The notes: generated from the letters alone by a model not told the origin. A stretch of 63,132 nucleotides of DNA, filler included, from Octopus bimaculoides (GCF_001194135.2; 7 parts of 6 records of this genome joined end to end with filler, not necessarily neighbours in it), one strand, 5' to 3'. Numbered from the whole stretch's first letter, positions 37,262-50,150 are shown. Numbers and translations are program-made.

Positions 37262-37640
37262 AAGGTGCAAAATTTTAATTGTATCTAATTTTAATTGTAT
37301 CTAACATTTTAAAAATCTCATTAAACGAACTCATGAACACTATTTGTTTGTAATGTCCTGTGTTGCCCCCTCTATATTTTAATATTTCATTATAATTATA
37401 AGGAATAAACCTCTAGCCGAACAATTATTCTGTGCTGATGAAGGGAAATAATCCGGAAATCGCGATACACAGATATTGTTTTGAGCATAGTGGGGGCGCT
37501 AAATGCCCTTGTTCGAAAATATAAGGACACTGATCGTGTCGTATAGCCAGCTGGAGACGATGTCTCCTGGGGCTAAATTACAGCAACATTCGTCCTAAAT
37601 CAGGACTGCCATGTTATGTTGGCAAACAATCTTTACTCTA
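37262..37640 (+). repeat. Right arm of the inverted repeat
   Basis: Reverse complement of 34436-34826. Confidence 0.92.
37429..37473 (+). ncRNA. Minimal type I hammerhead motif
   Basis: TCTGTG-CTGATGA-AGGGAAATAATCCG-GAAA-TCGCGA-TA-CACAGA: 6-bp stem I, intact core, palindromic stem III. Confidence 0.7.
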
Positions 37641-39342
37641 AATAAAAAAATGTTTAGCCTCCCAGACGAAGCGGCGTTGGTTTGAGTGTTGGTCCCGGTC
37701 ATTCCTACACCGAAGCTGACCGAGACTCATACATACTCATATATTAAAATTGTGCTCCTTCCAGTATATATCCTCTCTGTGAAACTACAAATACTTTCAT
37801 ATATATTATTCATGTGTTAATTTATTGCTAGTTAATTATTGCTGCTCCTATCGTTATTGTTGCATTGTTATTGTTCAACTCCCAGTTTAACCCTAACTCA
37901 GCAATCTTATGCTCATTGTGGAAATCCCGTTCTTAATACCAGATATAATTAATTTTAGAGAACTTTGACATGTCCTTCCATTCTATTGAAGGCGCTGTTA
38001 TATGAGAGAGATTTGGTCGCCACTTCTAGTGAGTCGAACGACTGTTAGAAACGGCTGCTCTCTTTAGTTAGTGTCACGTGATTATAAATATATCAAAGCA
38101 GCAGCAGACAATAATGTAATGGTAGTTGTGACGACAATTACGTACAGAAGGGAACAGTTGACCTTCCATTTGTTTAAGTATATACAAAAAAACAATGAAC
38201 AAGCCACTTGATCTTATTTTAAATATCGAGCGCAGTAAATATTTATTGTTCATTTTACATTTAGGACAGGGTTTGGCACAAATATAAAGATCCACTTTTG
38301 TGATATTTAATCTGGAAACAAAATCTAAAAAGAACCTCACCAGGATGGGCTCATCTCCATAGCCCCAGTTCATGACAACATAAATAGTATTAACGTTTGC
38401 GCGTCAGATAAAAAAATACTGAACGACATTTCTTTCATCTCTTTACGTTCTGAGTTCAAATCCTGCCGAGGTCGACTTTGGCTTTCGTACTTTTGGGGTC
38501 GATAAAATAAGTATCAATTGTACCAAAAACTGAAGCCATTAACAGACTGGAGCGATTTTCAGCTGACTACACGCCATTTTTTCCACAAAGCCAGGAACTT
38601 TTATTCATAAGCGAGGAATGGGTTTTTGAGGTTTTTACGCATATTCAAAGATTTCAGCAATGATAGAGGACTTGGAATGAATCTCAAAATAATTTATGTG
38701 GAGAGAGTGAAGTGATTACAATGTTTCTAATTGGTAATTTTTATAAAATTAGTAAATCACCATATGTTTATATATTAAATCACTGTACGTTTAATAAATA
38801 TAAACTTCACAAAGAATAATTAACGGAGAAATGTAGATTACTAAATCGTGTACGTATACTTCTCATAATTGTTAGGTACTGAAAATACTTTATTGTGACG
38901 GTAGTACAGATGACGTACCTTAGTCGTTCAAAAGTGAGGATTATCTACTCCTGAATTAGCATGTGCGTGGTTGAGTACTAGTGTGACACAGCGCAGGAAA
39001 AGGCTATACTGGTACAAATACAACGGGCTTCTATATAATTTCTGTCGACAGGGTATGGTTCACGTACAGGAATCGAAATCGAGATCACGTTAATCATTCG
39101 ACCATACTGCGCTTACAGCTGCATTATACACACTAAATAATTAGACATAGTATATACACCTGTTATTTGTACTTGCCCCAGCATGGCCGCAGTCTAATGA
39201 TTGAAACAAGTAAAGGATAAAGGATAAAGGATATATATATTGATAGAAAAGGTAAGACAACAAAAGAAAGAAAGAGACCTCGATATTATGTAAATAGAGG
39301 AATTTATCCGTAAATAACATTTGACAATTATTCGGTAGCCAT

Positions 39343-39403
39343 GATAAAACTCCGAGTTTCGGATGTCGGGGCGGAAACCCACGCTGCCATCTCTTCAGTT
39401 ATC
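39343..39403 (-). ncRNA. Minimal type I hammerhead motif
   Basis: Minus strand GATAA-CTGAAGA-GATG...CATC-C-GAAA-CTCGGAG-TT-TTATC: perfect 5-bp stem I, intact core. Confidence 0.65.
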
Positions 39404-39697
39404 TGGCCGTCGAAAAAATGCTATGAAAATGACCGTTAAACAAAGGGAAATTACTGTGATTGACCGTTATTAAGACAAAAGAGCTATTAGAATGACCGCT
39501 AAGTGAGAGGAGAGAGTAAAGGTAAGGAGTAAAAATGTCCATAGTAATCGCGTAAGCGCACCAGTCCATACATACACATGCGTGACCGCACACCCACGTA
39601 CATGTGCCAATATGTATAGATTCATCCACACTCACTTGAAACACACACGTGCTCACCCACACATTCGCCAAAAAATATATACATACCCGCATACGCG

Positions 39698-39744
<47 letters not shown>

Positions 39745-40103
39745 GCCCAAAAAGGTTCATACACATGTCTATATCGCACATGCACAAGAAAAAACAGAAA
39801 AAACTGGAAAAACTATAAAAATAACAATAAAAGTAAAACACGTCTATATACGCCCATACTCGCAAGCACACATCCACAAGCGCGCACAAAAGATTCCATA
39901 GACAGGTCTATATACGCATAGGAAAAATGCAGGGTAGAAGGTAGAATACAGAAAAAATATGTGTAAAAAATATATGAGCAATAAACCTATAGAATAATAT
40001 CTCTATAAATATGTAAAAAAATATAAAAAATATATAAGAAATATAAGTAAAAAGTATAGAGAGATAAAAAGCTTGTACGTGAACACAATATAGAAAGCAA
40101 GTC

Positions 40104-41736
40104 CTATCTGTAATCTCGGGGGGAACAAAAACGTAACAAATATTTAGCCACATGTGGACATGATCCGAAAAGTTCAGTTCTTGAATTTAGACATGTGGTG
40201 GGGTCTAAGCTGCTTTTCCAGATGATCCATCTTTCGATATCAGAAAGACCGCACTTTCCGCTGCCGTTGGTGTAGGGCTTACACTTGGCTAAGATCTTCC
40301 AATGGATGTTGTAACTGACACCTTTATCTTTTAAGGACCATATATGACTGGATAATTTAGTCGTTTTCCTTTTATCCCAGTGTCTGAAGCTCAAGGTGGG
40401 ATTATTGAACCTGGCCTTGAAATTACCCTCTGTAAGGTCCACGCATTTCTTCGTCGAAACTGTGTCCTTAGTGGATATAGAGTCCACGGTGGCTTCATGA
40501 ATGATGGTCTCGGACATGCAAGCTCCATTTAGCGGGCACAATTTTTTATCCCTNNNNNNNNNNNNNNNNNNNNNNNNNNNNNNNNNNNNNNNNNNNNNNN
40601 NNNNNNNNNNNNNNNNNNNNNNNNNNNNNNNNNNNNNNNNNNNNNNNNNNNNNNNNNNNNNNNNNNNNNNNNNNNNNNNNNNNNNNTTTGTAAATGGCGA
40701 AGTATACGTGAGGAAAAGTCTTGCCCAACGTATCGAGAAGAAATAGTCCAATAAGATCGCATGTGACTGCTCCATCATAGCGGGCACAAATTTTTATCCC
40801 TGCATGAACAAACAGCTGGTTTCATATTGTGGTTTTTGTGTGTAGTGTGCGATTATATTTTTAAAATTAGTAGTTGAGCTGAAACTGATTTTTAAGTTAT
40901 GTCTATTGAAGAGCTTTCTGTAACTATGGTTGACTGGAAAATATCTATCTATCAGTGCCAAGAAATACTTGCCTATATTAAAGGTCACTTCGGTGAGTAG
41001 GGAGATGTGAACCAGATAGTTTTCCTATTCCTATGTTTTCTTTTCTTTATTATTGGACTGGTGGTAGGTGTATAGGTTATTTCCTCGCTAAATCCACTAT
41101 CTTTTAGAACCTTATTATACACTGGGGCAACGCTATTAAAAATGTCCCTATCGGAGGAGAGGCTACAAATTCTTTTGCTAATGTTTTTTTAACTAAATTT
41201 TTAAACACTATGGGGGGATGGCAGGAACCCACATTAATATAACTAAGTCTATCATTGGGCTTCCTATAAAGTTCATAAAAATTCTTATTTAAATCTAAGG
41301 ATACATCTAGGAAATTGACAACCGTCAGGTTGGTATCTGTAGTTATACTAAGGCCAAAAGTTTTCATCATTTGGATAATGTCCTTCCTAAACCGATTCTG
41401 TGCTTGTCCATTGGTATTTGCGGTTAAAGCTAGGGCATCATCTTTGTAAATGGCGAAGTATACGTGAGGAAAAGTCTTGCCCAACGTATCGAGAAGAAAT
41501 AGTCCAATAAGATCGCATGTGACTGCTCCATCATATGACCCTATGCACACATCGAAAGCACCCTCTGTATCGGTAGTCTTGAGCCACTCTACGTTCTTGC
41601 TGAAGAATAAAGTCTTTCTAGCATGGAAGATTATGTCCTTATCCTGTGTACTGATTTCTATGAATTCGCTTTATCTAGCAGTTCTTTAGATATAGCGGCA
41701 TAAAAATCGACAATATCGAAGTGCGTGAATCTCGCT
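40104..41736 (-). mobile_element. Penelope-like element relic, RT plus GIY-YIG (Naiad/Chlamys-like)
   Basis: FDIVDFYAAI, IGSYDGAVTCDLIG, IYKDDAL, VNFLDVSLDL, SCHPP, NIGKYFLALID, CSCRDKKLCPLNGAC, TEGNFKARFNN, LSSHIWSLKD and WKILAKCKPY. Confidence 0.9.
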
Positions 41737-42302
41737 NNNNNNNNNNNNNNNNNNNNNNNNNNNNNNNNNNNNNNNNNNNNNNNNNNNNNNNNNNNNNNNN
41801 NNNNNNNNNNNNNNNNNNNNNNNNNNNNNNNNNNNNNNNNNNNNNNNNNNNNNNNNNNNNNNNNNNNNNNNNNNNNNNNNNNNNNNNNNNNNNNNNNNNN
41901 NNNNNNNNNNNNNNNNNNNNNNNNNNNNNNNNNNNNNNNNNNNNNNNNNNNNNNNNNNNNNNNNNNNNNNNNNNNNNNNNNNNNNNNNNNNNNNNNNNNN
42001 NNNNNNNNNNNNNNNNNNNNNNNNNNNNNNNNNNNNNNNNNNNNNNNNNNNNNNNNNNNNNNNNNNNNNNNNNNNNNNNNNNNNNNNNNNNNNNNNNNNN
42101 NNNNNNNNNNNNNNNNNNNNNNNNNNNNNNNNNNNNNNNNNNNNNNNNNNNNNNNNNNNNNNNNNNNNNNNNNNNNNNNNNNNNNNNNNNNNNNNNNNNN
42201 NNNNNNNNNNNNNNNNNNNNNNNNNNNNNNNNNNNNNNNNNNNNNNNNNNNNNNNNNNNNNNNNNNNNNNNNNNNNNNNNNNNNNNNNNNNNNNNNNNNN
42301 NN

Positions 42303-42588
42303 GAAGGTTCTGGTTAATCCGATCAACAGAACAGCCTTCTCATGAAATTAACATGCAAGTGGCTGAGCACTCCACAGACTTGTGTACCCTTAACGTAGCT
42401 CTCAGGGAGATTCAGCGTGACACAGAATGTGACAAGGTACTACTCATTTTTGCCTGCTGAATGGATCAGAGCAAAGTGAAAAAAAGTGTCTTCCTCAAGG
42501 ACACAATGCACCGCCGAGAATTGAACTCATGACCTCACGATCGTGAGCCAAATAGTCTAACCACTGTGTGTGTGTGAAACCACGCGCC
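42303..42588 (-). mobile_element. SINE family C, rearranged or partial copy
   Basis: Homologous to 52846-53227 (gatccgatcaacggaacagcc...gtggctgagcactccacagac). Confidence 0.75.
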
Positions 42589-42660
42589 TTTACACACACA
42601 TACACACACACATGCACACACACACACACACACATACACAAACACACACACACACACATA

Positions 42661-43159
42661 GGTGCTACTTTGGCGTGTGATCTATAATTTAAAGGGAGAT
42701 TGCTTTAGGTTACTTTTTAGTTTGCTTTTCAATTTCTAAAGATGCCGGCTAAAAAATTTTACAATGGGATGAGCGACGAGATGAAGGCAGTTACATTTTT
42801 ACGAAAAATTTACCTTCTAGATGATGAAGAAAATGTTGAAGCTCGAAGAGAAAGGAAAAAGCGGCGAAACTTTGCCAACTTTACGTTGCAAAACACGCGT
42901 TTGCCAAATTTGTGATCTATGCGTTTATTTTGATTATTATTATATTGTTTATTCTTGGTTTCTTATTATTATTTACTAAGATATAAATGAAACATGGTTG
43001 TATTATTATTAAAATAGTAAGAATTTTGAAAAATACATTTACAATGCTAAGTACGTACAAAAACATTTATTTAAAAAAATTAGAAATTGAAAAGTAAACT
43101 AAGAAGGAACCTAAAGTAATCTCCCTTTAAATTTTAGATCACACACCAAAATAGCATCC
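42661..43159. mobile_element. 499-bp MITE with ~80-bp TIRs, possibly PIF/Harbinger-derived
   Basis: ggtgctactttggcgtgtgatctataatttaaagggagattgctttagg... is mirrored by ...cctaaagtaatctccctttaaattttagatcacacaccaaaatagcatcc; ATA lies on both flanks. Confidence 0.75.
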
Positions 43160-43680
43160 ATATAAATATAAATAAAAGGAGATTGAAAAAGTTTGAAAAA
43201 GGTTTTGGTATTTGTTCACCATTACACGTGTTCCATTTACTAAGAGGAGTTGCAAAACTGTAGAAGAAACATGTAACATATCTCTTATTAGAAATTCTTC
43301 AGACTGAGAAGCAATTAGTACATTATTGCACTATTTGATTCTCTGTCTGAAGAATTTATGAGCGCTTCCNNNNNNNNNNNNNNNNNNNNNNNNNNNNNNN
43401 NNNNNNNNNNNNNNNNNNNNNNNNNNNNNNNNNNNNNNNNNNNNNNNNNNNNNNNNNNNNNNNNNNNNNNNNNNNNNNNNNNNNNNNNNNNNNNNNNNNN
43501 NNNNNNNNNNNNNNNNNNNNNNNNNNNNNNNNNNNNNNNNNNNNNNNNNNNNNNNNNNNNNNNNNNNNNNNNNNNNNNNNNNNNNNNNNNNNNNNNNNNN
43601 NNNNNNNNNNNNNNNNNNNNNNNNNNNNNNNNNNNNNNNNNNNNNNNNNNNNNNNNNNNNNNNNNNNNNNNNNNNNNNNN

Positions 43681-43717
<37 letters not shown>

Positions 43718-44339
43718 AAGAAGTCTCCATGTATATACCCTTGTGTGCATATATACATAGGATAGAAATGTATTTATGCATATTTATGCATGACCGCATT
43801 CCGATAACATAAACAAGCAGAACAATGCATGCGCGTGCACGTGTGTGTGCATGCGTGTCTATGTTTCTGCGTTTGTGCGTTTGTGTGTGTGAATAAGTCA
43901 CTGACTTACAGGAACACGTAAGTTCATTATCACGATCGGTCGATTTAATTATCATCATCATCAACATCAACAACAGTAACAACAATAATTGTGACGACAA
44001 TACTAGAGATAACAATTTAACAATAGCCACAATATAAAAACGCATTAACAAGAACACCATTAGCAGCAACAACAAGACGACAACAACAACGACACAAATA
44101 TATAACGGATGCAGAATGTGTTTTAGTAATTATGAAAGCAAGTTTCGACATGATACCACCACGGCTCGATGCTGTTTCATAAAACATTATTTGTTTAAAG
44201 CTAACACTACCGCTATCGCCACCACTATCACGACTACCACCTCTACCACTATTAATAACAGCAGCAACAACAACTACTACAACAATATAATCACCAATGT
44301 CTAGCACTTTAATTGCCACTACTACAAAAACTTTACTAC

Positions 44340-44357
44340 AACAACTACTACTACTAC

Positions 44358-44437
<80 letters not shown>

Positions 44438-44447
44438 NNNNNNNNNN

Positions 44448-44530
<83 letters not shown>

Positions 44531-44540
44531 CAGCAGCAGC
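44340..44540. repeat. (TAG)n microsatellite
   Basis: Direct reading. Confidence 0.95.
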
Positions 44541-44874
44541 AGATAAAGCAACACTACAATTATTACCACTCCTCTGCAACCAATCCCACCGCAACAGCTA
44601 CCGATGCTATGGCTACTCTGTATTACACTAATATGTATACATGTGCGCGTGAGTATATGCGTGTGTTTTTGTTTGTGTATGTGCTTGCGTGTGCATGTAT
44701 TATATCAGGTTGAGTAAAAAGTACGCAACGTTTTGAACCATGAAGAATTTGTATCGGATTTTTGCAGAGTTTTGNNNNNNNNNNNNNNNNNNNNNNNNNN
44801 NNNNNNNNNNNNNNNNNNNNNNNNNNNNNNNNNNNNNNNNNNNNNNNNNNNNNNNNNNNNNNNNNNNNNNNNNN

Positions 44875-44914
<40 letters not shown>

Positions 44915-45435
44915 ATACGTGCTTGTATGTCTCTGTGTGTGTGAGTGCATATGGTATGATATGATGCCCAACTGAATAAATCGATAGATTTCAGCCTGCA
45001 CTGAGTATATACGTTAACTAAACTTCTATTGAATACACCGGATACTTCTCGATGAATGTCTATTTATACTATTTCACAGTAGACAGAAGAGGGGGCAACT
45101 GAGCCAATTTAATCTTTATTGTAATTTCATCAGCAACGGACTACTTTTCAGTATCTATCTACGGCGACACTTCATTTGTGACTTTATCAAATCAAATACA
45201 AAAATTTACATGCATGATGCATTCTTGAATGAAATTTCAACTGATATATTCCTGACGCGTAGACACCTTTCATTTTAGATGGTGTGACCTGCTACAGAAT
45301 TAAATACACCGGAATTTGTAAATCTGCCTATATGCGTATGTATCTATGTATGAATGTATAGATACATACATACATGCATATATACATACAGACAGATAGA
45401 CAGACATACATACATGCATATATACATACATACAT

Positions 45436-45477
<42 letters not shown>

Positions 45478-45529
45478 GTACGTACATACTTGTGTGTGTG
45501 TGTGAGTGTATATTCTTTTTTTCTTTTTA

Positions 45530-46020
45530 TTCTTTTTACTTGTTTCAGTCATTTGGCAACGGGTATTTTAGTCGAAGAAATCGAACAGGGGACTTAGACT
45601 ATGTAAGCCTAGTACTTATTCTAACGGTCTTTTTTTCTGTCAAACAATGGTGGAAGGACAAAAATGACACACACATACCCCCACATATATATATACGACG
45701 GACTTCTCTCAGTTTCTGTCTACTAAATACCCTCACAAGGCTTTTATCGGCCCGAGGACACTTTCCTAAGGTGGGACTGAACCTGGAACCATGTGCTGGG
45801 GAACACGTTTCTTACCACACAGCCATATCTTTTATTTATTTGATTGCGGTCATGCTGGGGCACCGCCTTAAAGGGTTTTAGTTGAATAAAATGACCCCCA
45901 GGACATTTTTTAAGCCTAGTACTTATTGTTTTGGTTTCCTTTAGCGAACTGCTAAGTTACGGGGACGTAAACACACCAGCACCGGCTGTCAAGTGGTGGT
46001 GATGGGGAACAAACACAAAG
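45530..46020 (-). mobile_element. Two adjacent SINE family A copies (one near full length, one 3' part)
   Basis: Collinear with 14745-15158. Confidence 0.75.
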
Positions 46021-46540
46021 ATACACACATAGATACACATACACTCATACACACACACACACACACACACACAAANNNNNNNNNNNNNNNNNNNNNNNNN
46101 NNNNNNNNNNNNNNNNNNNNNNNNNNNNNNNNNNNNNNNNNNNNNNNNNNNNNNNNNNNNNNNNNNNNNNNNNNNNNNNNNNNNNNNNNNNNNNNNNNNN
46201 NNNNNNNNNNNNNNNNNNNNNNNNNNNNNNNNNNNNNNNNNNNNNNNNNNNNNNNNNNNNNNNNNNNNNNNNNNNNNNNNNNNNNNNNNNNNNNNNNNNN
46301 NNNNNNNNNNNNNNNNNNNNNNNNNNNNNNNNNNNNNNNNNNNNNNNNNNNNNNNNNNNNNNNNNNNNNNNNNNNNNNNNNNNNNNNNNNNNNNNNTATG
46401 TAAGTATATTTGCATACATACATATTTATATATACATACGTACATACATATACACACATACACATATATGTATGTATACATGTATGCATGCATGCATACA
46501 CACATACATACATGCATACATACATACATACATACATACA

Positions 46541-46572
<32 letters not shown>

Positions 46573-46977
46573 CATATATATATATGCATATATATATAAG
46601 CAATGTTAATTCTCTAAATGAAGTATTAACAGTAACTGCACGATAAAGTGAAGTATATATATATATATATGTATGTATATATGTATGTATGTATGTATAT
46701 ATGTATGTATGTATGTATATATATATATATATATATGAATATATACAGAGAGAGATGAGGAGCAGCTGCTTATAACATCAAAACATTTATAAATACGATA
46801 CGTAAATGTAGATATAATTACAATCAGGCAGATAGAATGAAGATAGTCCGTCGTAGTCCTTCACAAATAGAAATGCAAAAGTTACATAAGCGAAAATACA
46901 AATAAGAAAGAACATGCATTATAATCCCTTACAATTATTTCCGGAATTCAGTGACAAATTGATGCAATAATGTGCAA

Positions 46978-47008
<31 letters not shown>

Positions 47009-47204
47009 NNNNNNNNNNNNNNNNNNNNNNNNNNNNNNNNNNNNNNNNNNNNNNNNNNNNNNNNNNNNNNNNNNNNNNNNNNNNNNNNNNNNNNNNNNNN
47101 NNNNNNNNNNNNNNNNNNNNNNNNNNNNNNNNNNNNNNNNNNNNNNNNNNNNNNNNNNNNNNNNNNNNNNNNNNNNNNNNNNNNNNNNNNNNNNNATATA
47201 TATA

Positions 47205-47242
<38 letters not shown>

Positions 47243-47244
47243 GG

Positions 47245-47620
47245 TGCAGACATGGTTCTGTGTTCAGTCCCACTGCGTGACACTTTGGGCAAATGTCTTC
47301 TACCATAGCCTCGGGCTGACCAAAGTCTTGTCAGTGGATTTGGTAGACGGAAACTGAAAGAAGCCCGTCGTATATACGTGTTTGTATGTGTGTGTATGTC
47401 TTTGTCTGTGTTTGTCTCCCACCACCGCTTGACTGCCGGTGTTGGTTTGTTGCTTATGTCCTCGTTTCTTAGCGGTTCGACAAAAAGAGACCGATGGAAT
47501 AAGTAACAAGCTTTACAAAAATTAAGTATTGGGGTCGATCGATTTGACTAAGAATTCTTCAAGGCATTGCTCCAGCATGGCCGCAGTCTAATGACAGAAA
47601 CAGATAAATGATTAAAGATA
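47245..47620 (+). mobile_element. Near full-length SINE family A
   Basis: Collinear with 24135-24525. Confidence 0.85.
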
Positions 47621-48726
47621 CATAAAAACAAAACAAATAGAACATCAGCCCAAATATCTGACCGAAGCCCAGGAGAAAAAAAAGCATAGTAAAAGGGAAG
47701 AATGAGAGCGAAAATGGATGATATTGTGGAAAAAATATGAGGAGCTGTAGATATCATTATGTAGTTGTATAATTATTTAATTTTAAAAATATACCAAAAG
47801 GATATAACTAGTCATTATAATTTAGGGAAACGAGATCAAGCTATATGAAGATAAATGTAAATATATTCAGATAGGAGTAGATCAAGGCTAAGACAAGCAG
47901 ATACAACCGAAGTAAAAGTAAATAATTATAATAAAAGGAGTAAGATTTGAAAAACGATGGCGATAAATGGTTATCGTGCCGCAGTCGATTCATTCTTTTG
48001 TAATATTTCAACAGATCCTTTGCTATAGAGATCAGATGCAGTGCGACCACCTTGGTGAGGCCTTCCAGTTTTGATGATAGACAAGTAATATTATAATTAA
48101 TGTTATTATTAGTGAGATAACGTGCATAATTTGCTAATGAGGTGGGTGATTTGCGTTTAGCACAAGAAAATTAACTACGGTGAGATAGATAACAGCGTAA
48201 TTTACGGTTCGGCAAAAGAAATCGATGGAATAAATACCAAGCTTAAAAAGCAAGTACTGGGGGTCGACTCATTCAACTAAAAATTCTTCATGGCTGCAAT
48301 CTAATGGCTGAAACAAGTAAAAGATTAAAGATAAATATCGCCTACTAAAAGTCAATGGAAGATCCGACTTGTATTTTAGTTGAATTTTGGTGTTAATTAT
48401 GTACAGTGAAAATATAAACGACATTATATATCTGCTTGAAGCAGTAACTATTCAGAGGGGCAACTATTGACTACGTTGCTGTTGCATCTACTTTTATCAC
48501 GCATTAAATAAATTACAATCAGCGCCAATCCTGTTATTGTTATTACTTATATTCATATTTATGTAGCCCACACTATTATTAACGACACATATGCTACTAT
48601 TCATATCGTTATTTATATTTCCATTATTATTAATGAAAATATAAAAATCATTACATTTAAAATGAATGGGCACGTTACTAGCATTCTTTTTATTATTGTA
48701 TCTAATATAGCAAATACAATTGCTTA

Positions 48727-48773
<47 letters not shown>

Positions 48774-49002
48774 CCATCAGTAATGGTAACATTAGTAGTA
48801 GGATTGCCCGTAGTACTAATATCGCCAAATTTAGTGTTGCAAGGTCAAAAGCTCTAAGTCACTGTCGTCCCTCTTCTTGTAAATCTATAAGATATTAATG
48901 CATATATATGTGTGTGTGTATATGTACATGTCTGTATATATGTGTGTGTTAGTAGAGATGCATACATATAAGTGTGTATACATACATACAAACATACATA
49001 CA

Positions 49003-49033
<31 letters not shown>

Positions 49034-49279
49034 CGGAATTAAATGGTTTACTACCTAACGGTGACCAATGGTTTTATACTACCGGGCAATTTCCGATCTA
49101 GTTTGAAGATTATCGCCCGAGATTAGATCATCGTTAACTGCGAACCATTGAGCCTCTCCCCGCGTTCTGAGTTCAATCCCACACCACCAAAGTGAACTTT
49201 GTCTATTATCATTCCAAGCTCGATATATAAAGTATCGGTCCTGTACTGATGCAACTCTCTCTAAATCTCTGTTACCGCC

Positions 49280-49613
49280 GTCTTTCTCCCACTTCCGTCT
49301 CTCTCTCTCTCCCTGCTCTTTCTTCTACCTCTCTCTCCTCCCTCTCCCTCTTCTCTTTTCCTTCTCTTTTCCTACTTCTCTTTTCCTATTTCTCTTCTCT
49401 CTCTTTCCCTCTCTTTCGCTCTGTCTTTCCCCTCTCTCTCTCCCTCTCTCCATTTCCTCCCTTATCCTCTCTTCTCCCTCTCTCTTTTTCCCCTCTTACA
49501 GCTCTCTCTCTCTCTCTCTCTCTTCCTCCTCCTTCCCTCTCTCCGTATCTCTCTTCATTTCTCCATATCTGTCTATCTCTATCTCACTTTCTCTCTCTCT
49601 CTGTGCCATTCAG

Positions 49614-49680
<67 letters not shown>
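49280..49680. repeat. Polypyrimidine (CT)n-rich tract
   Basis: Direct reading. Confidence 0.9.
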
Positions 49681-49681
<1 letters not shown>

Positions 49682-50106
49682 TCTATCTATTCACGTATCT
49701 CGCCAGCTGTCACATCATGAATGATCCTCTTGGTCAAATCTATTTTCATCTATTTTCTTTTTTTCTATTTTCTTCATTTTCGTCCGCACATCGGAAACGA
49801 AAATCTCGAAGTAGGGATTTACGAAGTTTCAGCTTCTATTAAGTTTCAGCTTCTAATGTGTGTGCGTGTGTGTGCATGTATGCGTGTGTGTGCGCGCGCA
49901 TGCATGTCTGTGTCCATGTTTGTATGTGTGCATTTGTGTATATGTGATTATACGCATTTCTATACGCGCTTATGTTTGCATGTGTATGAATGTTTGCATG
50001 AATGAATAAATATAGCTCATTCATATGCGCCTATTTGTGTGTGTGCGCGCGCGCGTGCGCGCGTGTGTGTGTGTGTGTGTGTGTGTGTGTNNNNNNNNNN
50101 GTGCGC

Positions 50107-50150
<44 letters not shown>

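Noticed and set aside
38341-38400. Minus-strand exon candidate ending at a GTGAG donor (VVMNWGYGDEPIL)
   Set aside because: There is an upstream in-frame stop with no AG acceptor in between.
40531-40801. 92-bp RT segment (copy of ~41444-41534) and a 23-bp duplicate inserted in the PLE relic
   Set aside because: Near-exact duplicates flank an N gap and join at a GCTCCAT microhomology. This is most simply a local misassembly, although a template switch is not excluded.
2926-47357. Long ORFs in the supplied track that are mostly X or microsatellite-derived (poly-I, M, H, YIYI, VCVC, NNN)
   Set aside because: They result from N gaps and simple repeats; there is no coding evidence.
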